A DNA stretch of 64,000 bases from Candidatus Sericytochromatia bacterium (GTDB lineage Bacteria; Cyanobacteriota; Sericytochromatia; UBA7694): assembly GCA_044356335.1 (NCBI GenBank), contig JBIKWL010000006.1:9848-73847 (forward strand), given 5' to 3'. The translations under genes and the position numbers were made by a program. The notes beneath the pieces were generated by a model. The model saw only the letters and a list, made by a program, of their open reading frames with translations. It was not told the DNA's origin and did no database searches. Positions 47,903 to 57,323 of the stretch are shown in pieces (position 1 is the stretch's first letter; the number at the start of each line of letters is the position of its first letter).

Positions 47903-47965
47903 AAGGGTCTCTCTCCCGGCGAAATAATGATGGGGTTTGCTCTGTAGTTTAGCATATTCCTTTTT

Positions 47966-47990
47966 TTTGCCGATTGGAATCAAGCTGAAG
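47966..47990. repeat. left copy of imperfect 21-bp direct repeat flanking the AT-rich island (tttgcCgattGGaatcaagctgaag)
   Basis: Compared by eye with 51094-51118 (tttgcTgattAAaatcaagctctgc): 18 of 21 core positions are identical. Confidence 0.4.
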
Positions 47991-48099
47991 TGGCTATTGT
48001 TGCTTTAAACTGCGATTGAATTTACAATTCCTACGTTCGATTGCTCTGTCTGCTTATTGAAGATTAATAGCAAAATAAAAGTAATATAAACATAAGCCT

Positions 48100-51072
48100 G
48101 TGCACCCTCTCGAAAAACTTTATCCACAGCTCAAAAACAGTGAGCCCTCCTCTCTGCAAATGGATTCTTTTTTGGCACATATGGATCTGATGCAAAGCTA
48201 TTTGGTTTTTTGCTTTGGTCTGCAGGCTGAAAAAAAGATGAGCTTCTACCATTTGGGTGAAATGCATTTTTATTCAAATCAAGTTTATTTATCTGACAGA
48301 TATGACTCTTTGGACATCATCAAAAAAAGTCTCTTTTCTGCCCAGGATTATTTTCAAAAGGGATATGCCTCTTATGAGAGAAATAATTCAGATTTTTATT
48401 TATTGGAAGATGAAATTGTTGGATTTGAATTAACTTGTAATTATTACATTGTGTTATTTGATTTTTTAATTGGAGACAGAGCTAAAAGTGTCGAAATGGC
48501 CAGATCCGAATTGGATAAAAATAAGGATCTGATGCATGAAGACTTGAAGTCCATCTATAAATACATCATAGAGCATGATTTAAACTGTTCTCCTTTCGAG
48601 ATTTTAAGTGCATTCTACCGAGGTGATTTTAAAAATATTTTTTTTAAAACGATAAAATTATCTCAATATCAATTAGATGAAGATGATTTTTCTCGTTCAA
48701 TTAAATTAAAAATGGATTTACTCTTTTACACAGAAGAGTATGGTTTTAATTATCAACAGGTAACATGGCGTTCCTCTCTTTTAAAGCATCTCTATGCATC
48801 TGAATACCCTGAATCAGAAAAAGTAAACGTCTTGAGCCTGATTCAAAATGATCACAGCTTCAAAGATAGCTGTTTAAAAAGCCAACTCAATTATTTTGAA
48901 CTCAATCAGACACTGCCTGAATCCATCGATATTTTGGTTGATTGGCAATGCCAAGATCTAAACCGGCTGACATCGTCTTTGCGGATGGTCAAAGACGGAG
49001 GTCTCTGTTTAATTGCTGTACCGCGTTCCTGTACAAATCCCGAAGTCATCAGAAAAGAAATGGAAATTGGAATTCAAGCAAGCTGTTTTTTAATAGACAG
49101 GGAAAGCTTTTCTGATATTTTAATTGTCTATGGTTTTAAAAATAGAAAATTTAATCTGCATACCCGCCTTTTGATTTTGATGCGTCCGGATTCTGTTCAA
49201 GCCATGGGTGGCGCTGATATACAGCTATTCAAAAGCCGTGCAAGGCTTAAACATGCGGGTATTTGCTCAGATATTTCACTGGCTTGCCGCTTAGATAGCA
49301 GAGTTTATGCTTGTATCTATGTTGTTGGCTACTACCATGAAATATATAAATTTAATTATCTAAATCAAAGTAATCTGCCAAAATTATGCATGCCCATCGC
49401 TTCTCTCTGCTTTGAAGAGAGTCAGGTTTCGGACTACTTTATTGGTATGTTTAAGCATGATCTGCAAGAAAAAATTACTTCTAATCACAAAAATTTGCTT
49501 TGTATTGAAAATATAAATTTTTTAAGACAATCAATTTTAAATAAGTTAGCATTAGATTCAAATTGGAATAATCGCTTTTACAAGGAACTGGCCAAGTCCT
49601 GTGATTATTTTATTCCACAAAGTCAAAAAGAAATGGATCTATTATTCCCCCAACGGGATTACAAAGAATTCGAACTGGTTTTTAATGGCTGTAATTTTGC
49701 GGGTGTTGTCGAAGAAAAGTCAAACATTTTTGTGGATACACACAAAATTAATGATTATATCATTTGTGTCGGACGGATCCAAGCCAACAAAAATCAACTT
49801 TTTTTGGCTTATGCCTTACGGGAAACCGAGATCCCACTTGTCTTAATTGGCAGAGAATTTCAGCAAGGCTATCTCAAATTATGCCAAGATCTGGGCAATA
49901 ATCAGGTTTATCATTTTGAGGATGTATCTTCGGACATGTTGCTCTCGGCGTTACAAAACGCCCGACTATTTGTTTTACCGAGTTTTTCAGAGGTCTCTCC
50001 CCTTTCTTCTATTGAGGCAGCAATGATCGGTGTGCCTGTGGTTTTAACCCAAAATTCAGGCCAAGATGAGCAATTTAAAGATGCTTTTTATTATTGTGAT
50101 CCCTGGGATCCAGAAAACATAAAAGAGGTAATTGTTAAGGCTTTTTATGCTGATAACAGCGATAAAATAAAAAGAGCTAAAGAAATAGCTGAAAAAACGT
50201 CGTCATGGTCGATTATGTCTGATAAAATTGCAAATATAATTTATATGCTGATTGGAAGAGAGAACGGCGATAATTATATTCAATATCAGGACAAGTGGTT
50301 TAAACTCCTCCCAGCTTTGGCAGAACAGGATAAATCCGTTGATATCGCACATTCAGCTTATCAGCCGAGTATTTATCCAATTGCCAATGTCGGTACCTTT
50401 CTTGCCCAACAATATGATCCGCTCATATACAAAGACGTGTTTTTAATTGTCAATACAGACCTTGCGGAATTCAAAATGAAACAATTGGGTTTTGAAAACA
50501 CCATTAAACAAATACCAAGTCCCAATCAATCAACTTATTTGGGTGGGGTGAGTCTGGCCCTTGAAGATGCTTGCCAAAGGAATTTGCTCTGTTTCTATGA
50601 CCCTGAAAATATCTTTTCATGGCAAGAAACCATCCTGGCTTATATTGAGGGGCACAGTCCAGAAGATAACTGTGTTTTATTTATTTGCACGTATGATTGT
50701 GATGACAGCCACTATCCAGAAGAAGAGATCTCAGATTATTTAATCAGCCAAGGATGTGACCTTGAAAGTATTCCAAACATCTCCATCTTGACGGATTTTA
50801 AAGCACAAAAACAATTAAAAGACCTGTTTAAATCTGTCGACATCCTTGTTTTTCCAGCCAAGACCCTCTGGGGATACGAGTCTTTGTACTATCAAATCAT
50901 TTACTCTGAAAAAACAGTCATTACCCACCCGTTTAATAGGGGGATTCACACTCAGAAAATTATTTATTTAGAGCCATTTGAATCACTTTGCCAACTCCCT
51001 TCTTTTGCGGAGATTCCAGTTTCTGTTCAGACCCTGAGCCAGTGCTTAAAATTGGCCGATCCCTCTCGCTGA
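48100..51072 (+). CDS. 990-aa multidomain glycosyltransferase (central GT4 domain with EX7E motif) encoded in an AT-rich island; N- and C-terminal domains unassigned
   Basis: GT4 C-terminal core: ...ICVGRIQANKNQLFLAYAL...LVLIGR...FVLPSFSEVSPLSSIEAAMIGVPVVLTQNSG.... Codon/amino-acid usage is strongly AT-biased (K, N, I, F, Y rich), unlike the flanking genes. Confidence 0.6.
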   Translation: MHPLEKLYPQLKNSEPSSLQMDSFLAHMDLMQSYLVFCFGLQAEKKMSFYHLGEMHFYSNQVYLSDRYDSLDIIKKSLFSAQDYFQKGYASYERNNSDFYLLEDEIVGFELTCNYYIVLFDFLIGDRAKSVEMARSELDKNKDLMHEDLKSIYKYIIEHDLNCSPFEILSAFYRGDFKNIFFKTIKLSQYQLDEDDFSRSIKLKMDLLFYTEEYGFNYQQVTWRSSLLKHLYASEYPESEKVNVLSLIQNDHSFKDSCLKSQLNYFELNQTLPESIDILVDWQCQDLNRLTSSLRMVKDGGLCLIAVPRSCTNPEVIRKEMEIGIQASCFLIDRESFSDILIVYGFKNRKFNLHTRLLILMRPDSVQAMGGADIQLFKSRARLKHAGICSDISLACRLDSRVYACIYVVGYYHEIYKFNYLNQSNLPKLCMPIASLCFEESQVSDYFIGMFKHDLQEKITSNHKNLLCIENINFLRQSILNKLALDSNWNNRFYKELAKSCDYFIPQSQKEMDLLFPQRDYKEFELVFNGCNFAGVVEEKSNIFVDTHKINDYIICVGRIQANKNQLFLAYALRETEIPLVLIGREFQQGYLKLCQDLGNNQVYHFEDVSSDMLLSALQNARLFVLPSFSEVSPLSSIEAAMIGVPVVLTQNSGQDEQFKDAFYYCDPWDPENIKEVIVKAFYADNSDKIKRAKEIAEKTSSWSIMSDKIANIIYMLIGRENGDNYIQYQDKWFKLLPALAEQDKSVDIAHSAYQPSIYPIANVGTFLAQQYDPLIYKDVFLIVNTDLAEFKMKQLGFENTIKQIPSPNQSTYLGGVSLALEDACQRNLLCFYDPENIFSWQETILAYIEGHSPEDNCVLFICTYDCDDSHYPEEEISDYLISQGCDLESIPNISILTDFKAQKQLKDLFKSVDILVFPAKTLWGYESLYYQIIYSEKTVITHPFNRGIHTQKIIYLEPFESLCQLPSFAEIPVSVQTLSQCLKLADPSR

Positions 51073-51093
51073 GAGGCAGATCGCTGCCCCTGA

Positions 51094-51118
51094 TTTGCTG
51101 ATTAAAATCAAGCTCTGC
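51094..51118. repeat. right copy of imperfect direct repeat flanking the AT-rich island
   Basis: See 47966-47990. Confidence 0.4.
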
Positions 51119-51196
51119 GCTTGACGTCTCTCAAGGAGGGCCAGCCCAAAAGCCCCTACACTGAGGATGGAGAGATCTTCTCAGGAGGAACACATC

Positions 51197-52750
51197 ATGG
51201 CTGCGCGTTGGCTGGGACTTTTGGCTTTGATCATCAGCTTGGGAGGCTGTCAGCTTCGTGCCGTGTCACCTCTGCCAGCGGGGCAATTGGCTTTTCGTTG
51301 GCAACATCCCTCTGCCAGCTTCACGCTGGCTGCAATACCTGAGCAGACCCGCTTCTTTCAGATTTCCATTCGTGGTGCAGGCCTGAGCCAGCCACTGGAA
51401 ACCGAAATAAACGCTTTATTGCCCAGTGCGCGCAGCTACCGTCTGTCTTTGCCCGTGGGCCCCAAAGAGGTCACCGTCGTGGCCTATGATCAGCACAAGG
51501 CCTTGAGCCGGGCCCAGGTGTCGGTGGAGATCCGTCCAGCCATGCTGACCCAGGCCGAAATGGAGCTGGTCGGGATTTTAAATCCCTTGCAACTCGACTT
51601 GCAGGCTGCTTGGCCTTTGCCTTTGGAATTGGAGTTGGAACTCAGTGGCAAGGCCCTTCGAGATGCACAGCCCTGGCGTTTTTCTTTGCTTTTGCCTGCC
51701 GGTCAAACGACGCTGAATCTGCCAGATATCCCCGCTGAAGAGGCCTTCTTGCGTCTGCGTACACGTCCCCAAGGGCAGGCACAATGGGGACAATGGCTTG
51801 AGCAAAAACTGACAGGCAGCTTGCCGCTGAAGGCTCCCTTTTTGGCTGAAAGGGTCTTGGAGAGCTGGCAGGCCTTTGTGCCTGAATGGCTCTCCGGCCA
51901 ACCCGAAGGCGTGCAGGTGCGTATTTTGGCTCTGATGGGCAGTCTCCAATTGACGCGTTTGCTTCGCTCTGCTCAATTAAACCCTGTTTTGCGGGCCCGA
52001 ATTCAAGCCGAACTGGATCGCAAACGCAGTGCGGGCAATGCCTCTGGCTTGCCATCCCCGGTTATTGCCCCGCCTCTTGTGGCCTCTGGTTCTCCTGCCC
52101 CGCAGATTTCGGCCTCTCCGCAAGTGACACCTTCTCCCAGCCCAGTGGTCAGTGGCTTGCCGAACACGGTGCCCACCTCTCCTTTGGCTTTTTATCTGGT
52201 CGAAGCGGGAGACAGCTATTTGCGTTTGGCCTGGGAGCCTGTCAATGGCGCAAGCGCCTACAGCCTCAGGCTGGATGGGCAATTATTGAGTAATAGTCTT
52301 AACTATACAACCTATTCCCTGAATGGGCTCAGCCCACAGACCCGTTATCATTTTCTGCTGCGGGCCCACAACCAAGCGGGTGAGAGTGGGGCGGTGACCC
52401 TGGTCGCTCAAACCCTGGCTACAGGTGCCCGCACCACAGGGGGTGGAAGTGACCCCGCTCCAACGGCAACGCCCTTGCCGGCCCCTGTGCTGGAGTCGGT
52501 CAGTCCGCTTCATGCCAATATTGGCAGCCGTTTGATCCTGCGGGGACAACATTTTTATCCGCCAGTTCAGGTTCAATTTGATGGGCTTTACCCCGCTGCA
52601 GTTGTCTCTCTGACCGAACATGAGATTCAAGTGGAAATTCCTGCTTTGGCCCGCTTGGGTCAGATCCAGGTCCAGACAGCCAGTGGGGCTTTTTCGACGG
52701 CAATTTTGATTCAAATGGGCGCGGTACAACTTGATGGAGGTTATCATTAA
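51197..52750 (+). CDS. surface lipoprotein with fibronectin-III-like and C-terminal IPT/TIG domains
   Basis: AGGAGG RBS at 51181-51186, then ATG 51197. Signal peptide with LGGC lipobox; the track ORF starts earlier, at 51167. Fn3-like ...YLRLAWEPVNGASAYSLRLDG...YHFLLRAHNQAGES, and TIG-like ...VLESVSPLHANIGSRLILRGQHF.... Confidence 0.6.
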   Translation: MAARWLGLLALIISLGGCQLRAVSPLPAGQLAFRWQHPSASFTLAAIPEQTRFFQISIRGAGLSQPLETEINALLPSARSYRLSLPVGPKEVTVVAYDQHKALSRAQVSVEIRPAMLTQAEMELVGILNPLQLDLQAAWPLPLELELELSGKALRDAQPWRFSLLLPAGQTTLNLPDIPAEEAFLRLRTRPQGQAQWGQWLEQKLTGSLPLKAPFLAERVLESWQAFVPEWLSGQPEGVQVRILALMGSLQLTRLLRSAQLNPVLRARIQAELDRKRSAGNASGLPSPVIAPPLVASGSPAPQISASPQVTPSPSPVVSGLPNTVPTSPLAFYLVEAGDSYLRLAWEPVNGASAYSLRLDGQLLSNSLNYTTYSLNGLSPQTRYHFLLRAHNQAGESGAVTLVAQTLATGARTTGGGSDPAPTATPLPAPVLESVSPLHANIGSRLILRGQHFYPPVQVQFDGLYPAAVVSLTEHEIQVEIPALARLGQIQVQTASGAFSTAILIQMGAVQLDGGYH

Positions 52751-52751
52751 A

Positions 52752-55520
52752 ATGAAAAAAATCTATGGACTCTGCTTGACTCTTGCCCTGGCTGCTTGTC
52801 AGGCGCTTCCTCCCTCTGTCAGTGGGCCTCAGACTCTTGCGGGTATTTCTCAGGCCCATTCTGCCCCGGTCCTGATGCCGGGTAAAAAGAATTCTCCAGC
52901 TCTTTCGGGGACCGTTGAAATTCATGTTGCGGGCCGCCAAGGAACCACCGTTCAAATGCGGATTCAGGTTCCGCGCGCTTTGTTTCAAGGCTTTCGCACC
53001 CAAGATTCCGAAAGCCATTTTGCCAATTTTGCCTATTTGCGTTTCAGTCTCAAGGCCCCCCCACTTGTGGACCCGATTTATCCACTGAATGCCCTGCGCG
53101 ATCCGGAACATCCTGAACAGGACTATTTGATTGAAAATACAGGCCAACCTTTGAATATTGTCTTTGAAAATATTCCCGCAGGTGAATTGCGTTTTGCCAG
53201 CATTACTGCATTTGACAGCCATAAACAGCCCATACCGGGTTCGACCATCGAAGCGGTTTTTCCCGTGGGGCTCGACAGCACACCCGTGAGCCGGGAAGTG
53301 ACTTTTCGGACCACCCCTTTGGCCCAGATTTTGAGCCTTCTTTTACAGGCTTCACTCGATTTAGCCAAGGGGCTCGACTTGGCTGGGTTACAGGCCTTTC
53401 TCGATCAGATCACGGGTCTGCAGGGCACGCGCCCCAATTATCTCTATACCCTGCAACATCCTTTGCAGCTCGATGTGGCCCTGTTGGTTGCAGATTTATT
53501 GGCCTTCAATGGCAATCTGGGTCTTTTGGACCCCCATAAAAATTACGCTTTGCCTTTGGGTCAATTGGTGGGACATGTACAGGGCCTGGCAGAAGGGGAT
53601 CACCTGGTGATTCAAACCTCTGATCTCAGTCAGCCGATTTTAGAAGTGACGGCCAATGGCGTTTTTCGTTTGGATGGCCTGCGTTCGGGTCTGTGGGATC
53701 TGTCTTATTGGGTTGAAGGGGGAGCAGAATATAACACGCCTCCCGATCGCCAAGTGGTGGTCAGTGGGGGGCACGATTTGGATTTGGGCCTGATTCCTGT
53801 GCTGGCAGAAAAACCTGTGATTGACTCCCTTTCTCGCTTTTCGGTTCCTGCGGGAGAATCATTTAGGATCTATGGCAGTGGTTTTCATGAGACTTTGGCT
53901 GGCAATCGGGTCTGGATTGGTGAACAACAAGCAGAAATACTCAATGCCTCTGATGAAGAATTGGAAGTCCGTGTGCCTGATGGCCCTGTGGGTGAGCAGG
54001 TGATTCGGCTTGAAATTGGCTCATCCTCGGAAAGTTATACTGGTTTTACGCGTACAGGGTTGGATGCGGTGACGCCCAACAGGGGGCGGATTGGCGATTG
54101 GATCACCCTCACAGGTTTGGCGCTGGACAATATCTTTCGCGTTAAAGTGAATCAAACCGAGGCCTCTTTTCAGCAGATCTCGGAGACAGAATTGCTGGTT
54201 CAGATTCCTGCAGGAGCAAGCAGTGGCAAGATCACGCTCCTTTATGGCGAAGGAGGACAAATGACTTCACCAGAGAACTTTGAAGTGACCAATAAAGTGC
54301 TCTTTGTGGCTCAACATCTGATGAGCGTGGCTGGTTTTGGTGAGGGAGAAGAAGCCTGGATCGGCGTTTCCCCTTCTTTGCAGGCTGCTTTGGCCAATGC
54401 TGACAGTGGGGATGAAATCTGGGTTGCGGAAGGGATCTATACCCCCGACCAGGCAGAAGGGGATCGCCATCTCTCTTTTCAGCTCAAAAATAACGTGGGT
54501 GTGTATGGGGGCTTTGCAGGTCATGAGCGAAACCGCCTAGATCGCGAGATCAGAAACAATCCCACGGTTTTGAGTGGGGATCTCAACGAAAATGATCAGG
54601 CTGAGGGAACTTCGCGGGAGGACAATAGTTATCACGTGGTGACCGCTTCAGGGGTATCTGCCACCACGGTTTTGGATGGCTTTATCCTTCAGGCTGGTCA
54701 AGCGGAGACCGGCGGTCTAATTTTGCAAGGCGGTGGGCTCTTGTGTCAAAACGCCTCTCCCAGCTTACGCAATTTGGTCATCAGAGACAATCACGCTGAT
54801 CGCAGTGGCGGTGGCATGGCCATTTTGGGAAGTGGTTCTCCACAGCTTGAGAATATGGTCTTTGAAAACAATCAGGCTGCCAATTCCGATCAGCAAGAGG
54901 CCACTGGGGGGGGGCTGCAGATCGAAACCGCCAGTGATTCCACACCCGTACTCAAAAATGTGGTTTTTGTGAATAATTTTGCCTTGAGTGATGGTGGGGC
55001 CCTGTTTGTTGCGGGGGCTCAACCTCGTCTGACCCAAGGCAGCTTTGTGGGCAATGGCACTGAAAACAGTGATGGCGGGAATGCCATTGGCATCCAGCAA
55101 AATGGCAGCCGCCTGGAATTACATAACAGTCTTTTCTGGCACAACCCAGGTCGGGATATTTCTGTGGCAGGAGGCCAATTGCAATTGGCGTATAATGGCC
55201 TTGAAGAAGGGTTGGCGGGGGTTTTGACCCATCCAGTGACGGGAGCGAGTTTTCAAGATCTGGGTGGAAATAGGACGCTCTCTCAAACTCCCTTTGCAGA
55301 TCTCTATCAACCACGGGGCAATGATCAGCGCTGGATGACTGCAGACGATGGCTTGATTCCGCCTTTGGAAAGTGATGTGGCTGATGCTGGCAATGGGGCT
55401 TTGGCTCCCAGTTTTGACATCGTGGGGCGGGCCCGGCCTTTTGGGGCGGGTTTTAGCATGGGGGCTTATGAAGAGGCTGAACTGCCTTATTCTTCTGGCT
55501 GTTATCCCTATGGCTGTTGA
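52752..55520 (+). CDS. large surface lipoprotein with two IPT/TIG domains and a C-terminal right-handed beta-helix (Pmp/pectin-lyase-like repeats)
   Basis: GGAGG RBS, then ATG 52752 (MKKIYGLCLTLALAAC lipobox); the track ORF starts at 52731. TIG: ...VIDSLSRFSVPAGESFRIYGSGF... and ...LDAVTPNRGRIGDWITLTGL.... Beta-helix repeats: GGGLLCQNASP / SGGGMAILGSGSP / DGGALFVAGAQP. Confidence 0.6.
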   Translation: MKKIYGLCLTLALAACQALPPSVSGPQTLAGISQAHSAPVLMPGKKNSPALSGTVEIHVAGRQGTTVQMRIQVPRALFQGFRTQDSESHFANFAYLRFSLKAPPLVDPIYPLNALRDPEHPEQDYLIENTGQPLNIVFENIPAGELRFASITAFDSHKQPIPGSTIEAVFPVGLDSTPVSREVTFRTTPLAQILSLLLQASLDLAKGLDLAGLQAFLDQITGLQGTRPNYLYTLQHPLQLDVALLVADLLAFNGNLGLLDPHKNYALPLGQLVGHVQGLAEGDHLVIQTSDLSQPILEVTANGVFRLDGLRSGLWDLSYWVEGGAEYNTPPDRQVVVSGGHDLDLGLIPVLAEKPVIDSLSRFSVPAGESFRIYGSGFHETLAGNRVWIGEQQAEILNASDEELEVRVPDGPVGEQVIRLEIGSSSESYTGFTRTGLDAVTPNRGRIGDWITLTGLALDNIFRVKVNQTEASFQQISETELLVQIPAGASSGKITLLYGEGGQMTSPENFEVTNKVLFVAQHLMSVAGFGEGEEAWIGVSPSLQAALANADSGDEIWVAEGIYTPDQAEGDRHLSFQLKNNVGVYGGFAGHERNRLDREIRNNPTVLSGDLNENDQAEGTSREDNSYHVVTASGVSATTVLDGFILQAGQAETGGLILQGGGLLCQNASPSLRNLVIRDNHADRSGGGMAILGSGSPQLENMVFENNQAANSDQQEATGGGLQIETASDSTPVLKNVVFVNNFALSDGGALFVAGAQPRLTQGSFVGNGTENSDGGNAIGIQQNGSRLELHNSLFWHNPGRDISVAGGQLQLAYNGLEEGLAGVLTHPVTGASFQDLGGNRTLSQTPFADLYQPRGNDQRWMTADDGLIPPLESDVADAGNGALAPSFDIVGRARPFGAGFSMGAYEEAELPYSSGCYPYGC

Positions 55521-55606
55521 GGGCGAATTCTGGATTTCCCGTCACTGAACCGGTCTGGGTCTCATGTTAGAATAGTCAGACACCCAAGCTTTTCAGGAGC
55601 AACCCC

Positions 55607-56296
55607 ATGCTGCGCGTGCTGATTCGATTCGAAGGGATGGCCCTCTTTCTCACCCTTCTCATTCTCTCGACCTTTGTGCATTTGCGCATGCCCTATTTTT
55701 CTGTTCTGGCCCCCCAATTGCCCGATGCTGAGCCCTGGTTAACCAGCTCCTGGTTCTATGTGGGCAGCTATACTGCCAATTTGCAATTGCTGGTGGTGAT
55801 GGCCTGTATCTTGCTTTTGAGTACGCCTTTGGCCACATTGACGTTGATTGTTTATTTATCGTTGGGCTTGATGGGCCTGCCGATTTATTATAACGGCGGT
55901 GGCTTGGCGTATTTGCAACAGCCCACCACGGGCTATTTGATCAGCCTGATTCCGGCGGCTTGGTTTTGTGGTCTTTTGTTGCATCGTCACCCCCGCCGCG
56001 TGCCTTTGCCGGGCCCTTATTTGTTGGCGGCGGTGTTGACCTTGGTGATGATCCACGTTTTGGGGGCAATCTATGCCGCTGTCTATTTTCAGATGGTGCC
56101 CGTGCAATTTATCGGTGCCTATGTCTTACCCCAATTGCCCTGGCAGATCACCCTGCTCTGCCTGATGGCATTGGCCATTTTTCAGTGGAACCGCTACCGT
56201 TTCAGCCATTTGCGCAAAGGCAAAGCACCTGTCGGAAAACAAAAATCCACAGCTGGGCCTGCTGCCCGTCGCCGTCTCAGCCCTGGGCGCGCCTGA
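55607..56296 (+). CDS. bioY: BioY-family biotin transporter (ECF S-component-like)
   Basis: Five or six TM segments plus the BioY signature GLMGLPIYYNGGGLAYLQQPTTGYL. Confidence 0.65.
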   Translation: MLRVLIRFEGMALFLTLLILSTFVHLRMPYFSVLAPQLPDAEPWLTSSWFYVGSYTANLQLLVVMACILLLSTPLATLTLIVYLSLGLMGLPIYYNGGGLAYLQQPTTGYLISLIPAAWFCGLLLHRHPRRVPLPGPYLLAAVLTLVMIHVLGAIYAAVYFQMVPVQFIGAYVLPQLPWQITLLCLMALAIFQWNRYRFSHLRKGKAPVGKQKSTAGPAARRRLSPGRA

Positions 56297-56321
56297 TTTG
56301 GGCACTTAAGGTGTTTTTTTA

Positions 56322-57323
56322 GTGCGGGCCCTGTTGCAGGTAATTTCGGGGCTGTTTGTGCTGACCTTGGTCTGGTTGGGGGTTTGGGGCTGGGGCACTG
56401 GCCCTGATTTGCCCCGTTGGCATGAGGTCTGGCTGCTTTTAAGTGGTTCTCCGGCTTTGGCCGAGACCGATCAGCTAATTTTATTGCAATTGCGTTTGCC
56501 GCGCATGGTTTTGGCGACCTTGGCTGGGGCTGGTCTGGCCTCTGCAGGTTTGGCCTTGCAGGGGCTTTTTCGCAACCCCTTGGTCGATCCCTTTGTGATT
56601 GGGGTTTCTGGGGGCGCAGCCTTGGGGGCTGGCTTGGCCTTGGTCCTCAACTGGCAGTTTCAGCTCTGGGGCATTAACACGGTGCCTTTGGCAGCGTTTT
56701 TGGGGGCCTTGGGCATGATGGCGCTGGTCTATCGCCTGGGCCAGGTACAGGGCCAAATGGTGATTGAACGCCTGCTTTTGGCAGGGGTGGCTTTAAGTGC
56801 GCTCAGCTCTTCGTTGCTTTCCTTGGTTTTGGTTTTGCGCGGCGAAGGGATGGAGGCCGTGGTCTATTGGATCATGGGTAGTTTTGCGGGCCGCACTTGG
56901 GAGGATGCCTGGGTGCTTTTGCCCTTTTGGGGGGTGGGCACACTTTTGCTTGTGAGGCACCTCAAAGCGCTCAATGCCCTGCAGGTGGGTGAAGAGTCGG
57001 CCACTTATCTGGGGGTGGAGGTTGATCGGCTCAAAAACCAGGTCATTTTTTCAGCCACGTTGCTGGCTGCTGCCGTGGTCTCGGTCAGTGGTGTGATTGG
57101 CTTTGTGGGCCTGATTGTGCCGCATATGGCACGCTTTTTGTGCCGCAGCACAGATTTTCGCATCCTTTTTCTGCCCTCGCTTTTTGCGGGTGCAGCCTTG
57201 TTGGTCTTGGCCGATGGGCTTTCACGCAATCTGCTCCCGGCCCAAGAGATCCCCGTTGGTATTTTTACGGCGCTCTTGGGGGTGCCTTTTTTCTTGGGGT
57301 TGTTATTGCGTCAGCAGCGCTGA
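56322..57323 (+). CDS. FecCD-family ABC permease (iron-siderophore/cobalamin-type, BtuC/FepD-like)
   Basis: 333 aa with FecCD signature regions (...LAGAGLASAGLALQGLFRNPLVDPFVIGVSGGAALGAGLAL...). No ATPase or substrate-binding partner is adjacent. Confidence 0.75.
   Translation: MRALLQVISGLFVLTLVWLGVWGWGTGPDLPRWHEVWLLLSGSPALAETDQLILLQLRLPRMVLATLAGAGLASAGLALQGLFRNPLVDPFVIGVSGGAALGAGLALVLNWQFQLWGINTVPLAAFLGALGMMALVYRLGQVQGQMVIERLLLAGVALSALSSSLLSLVLVLRGEGMEAVVYWIMGSFAGRTWEDAWVLLPFWGVGTLLLVRHLKALNALQVGEESATYLGVEVDRLKNQVIFSATLLAAAVVSVSGVIGFVGLIVPHMARFLCRSTDFRILFLPSLFAGAALLVLADGLSRNLLPAQEIPVGIFTALLGVPFFLGLLLRQQR

Noticed and set aside
55521-55606. Possible cobalamin riboswitch upstream of BioY
   Set aside because: Only a weak GTCACTG/CCGGTCTGGG resemblance. 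The leader is too short (86 nt) and lacks a convincing B12 box. Left as a suggestion for an Rfam scan only.
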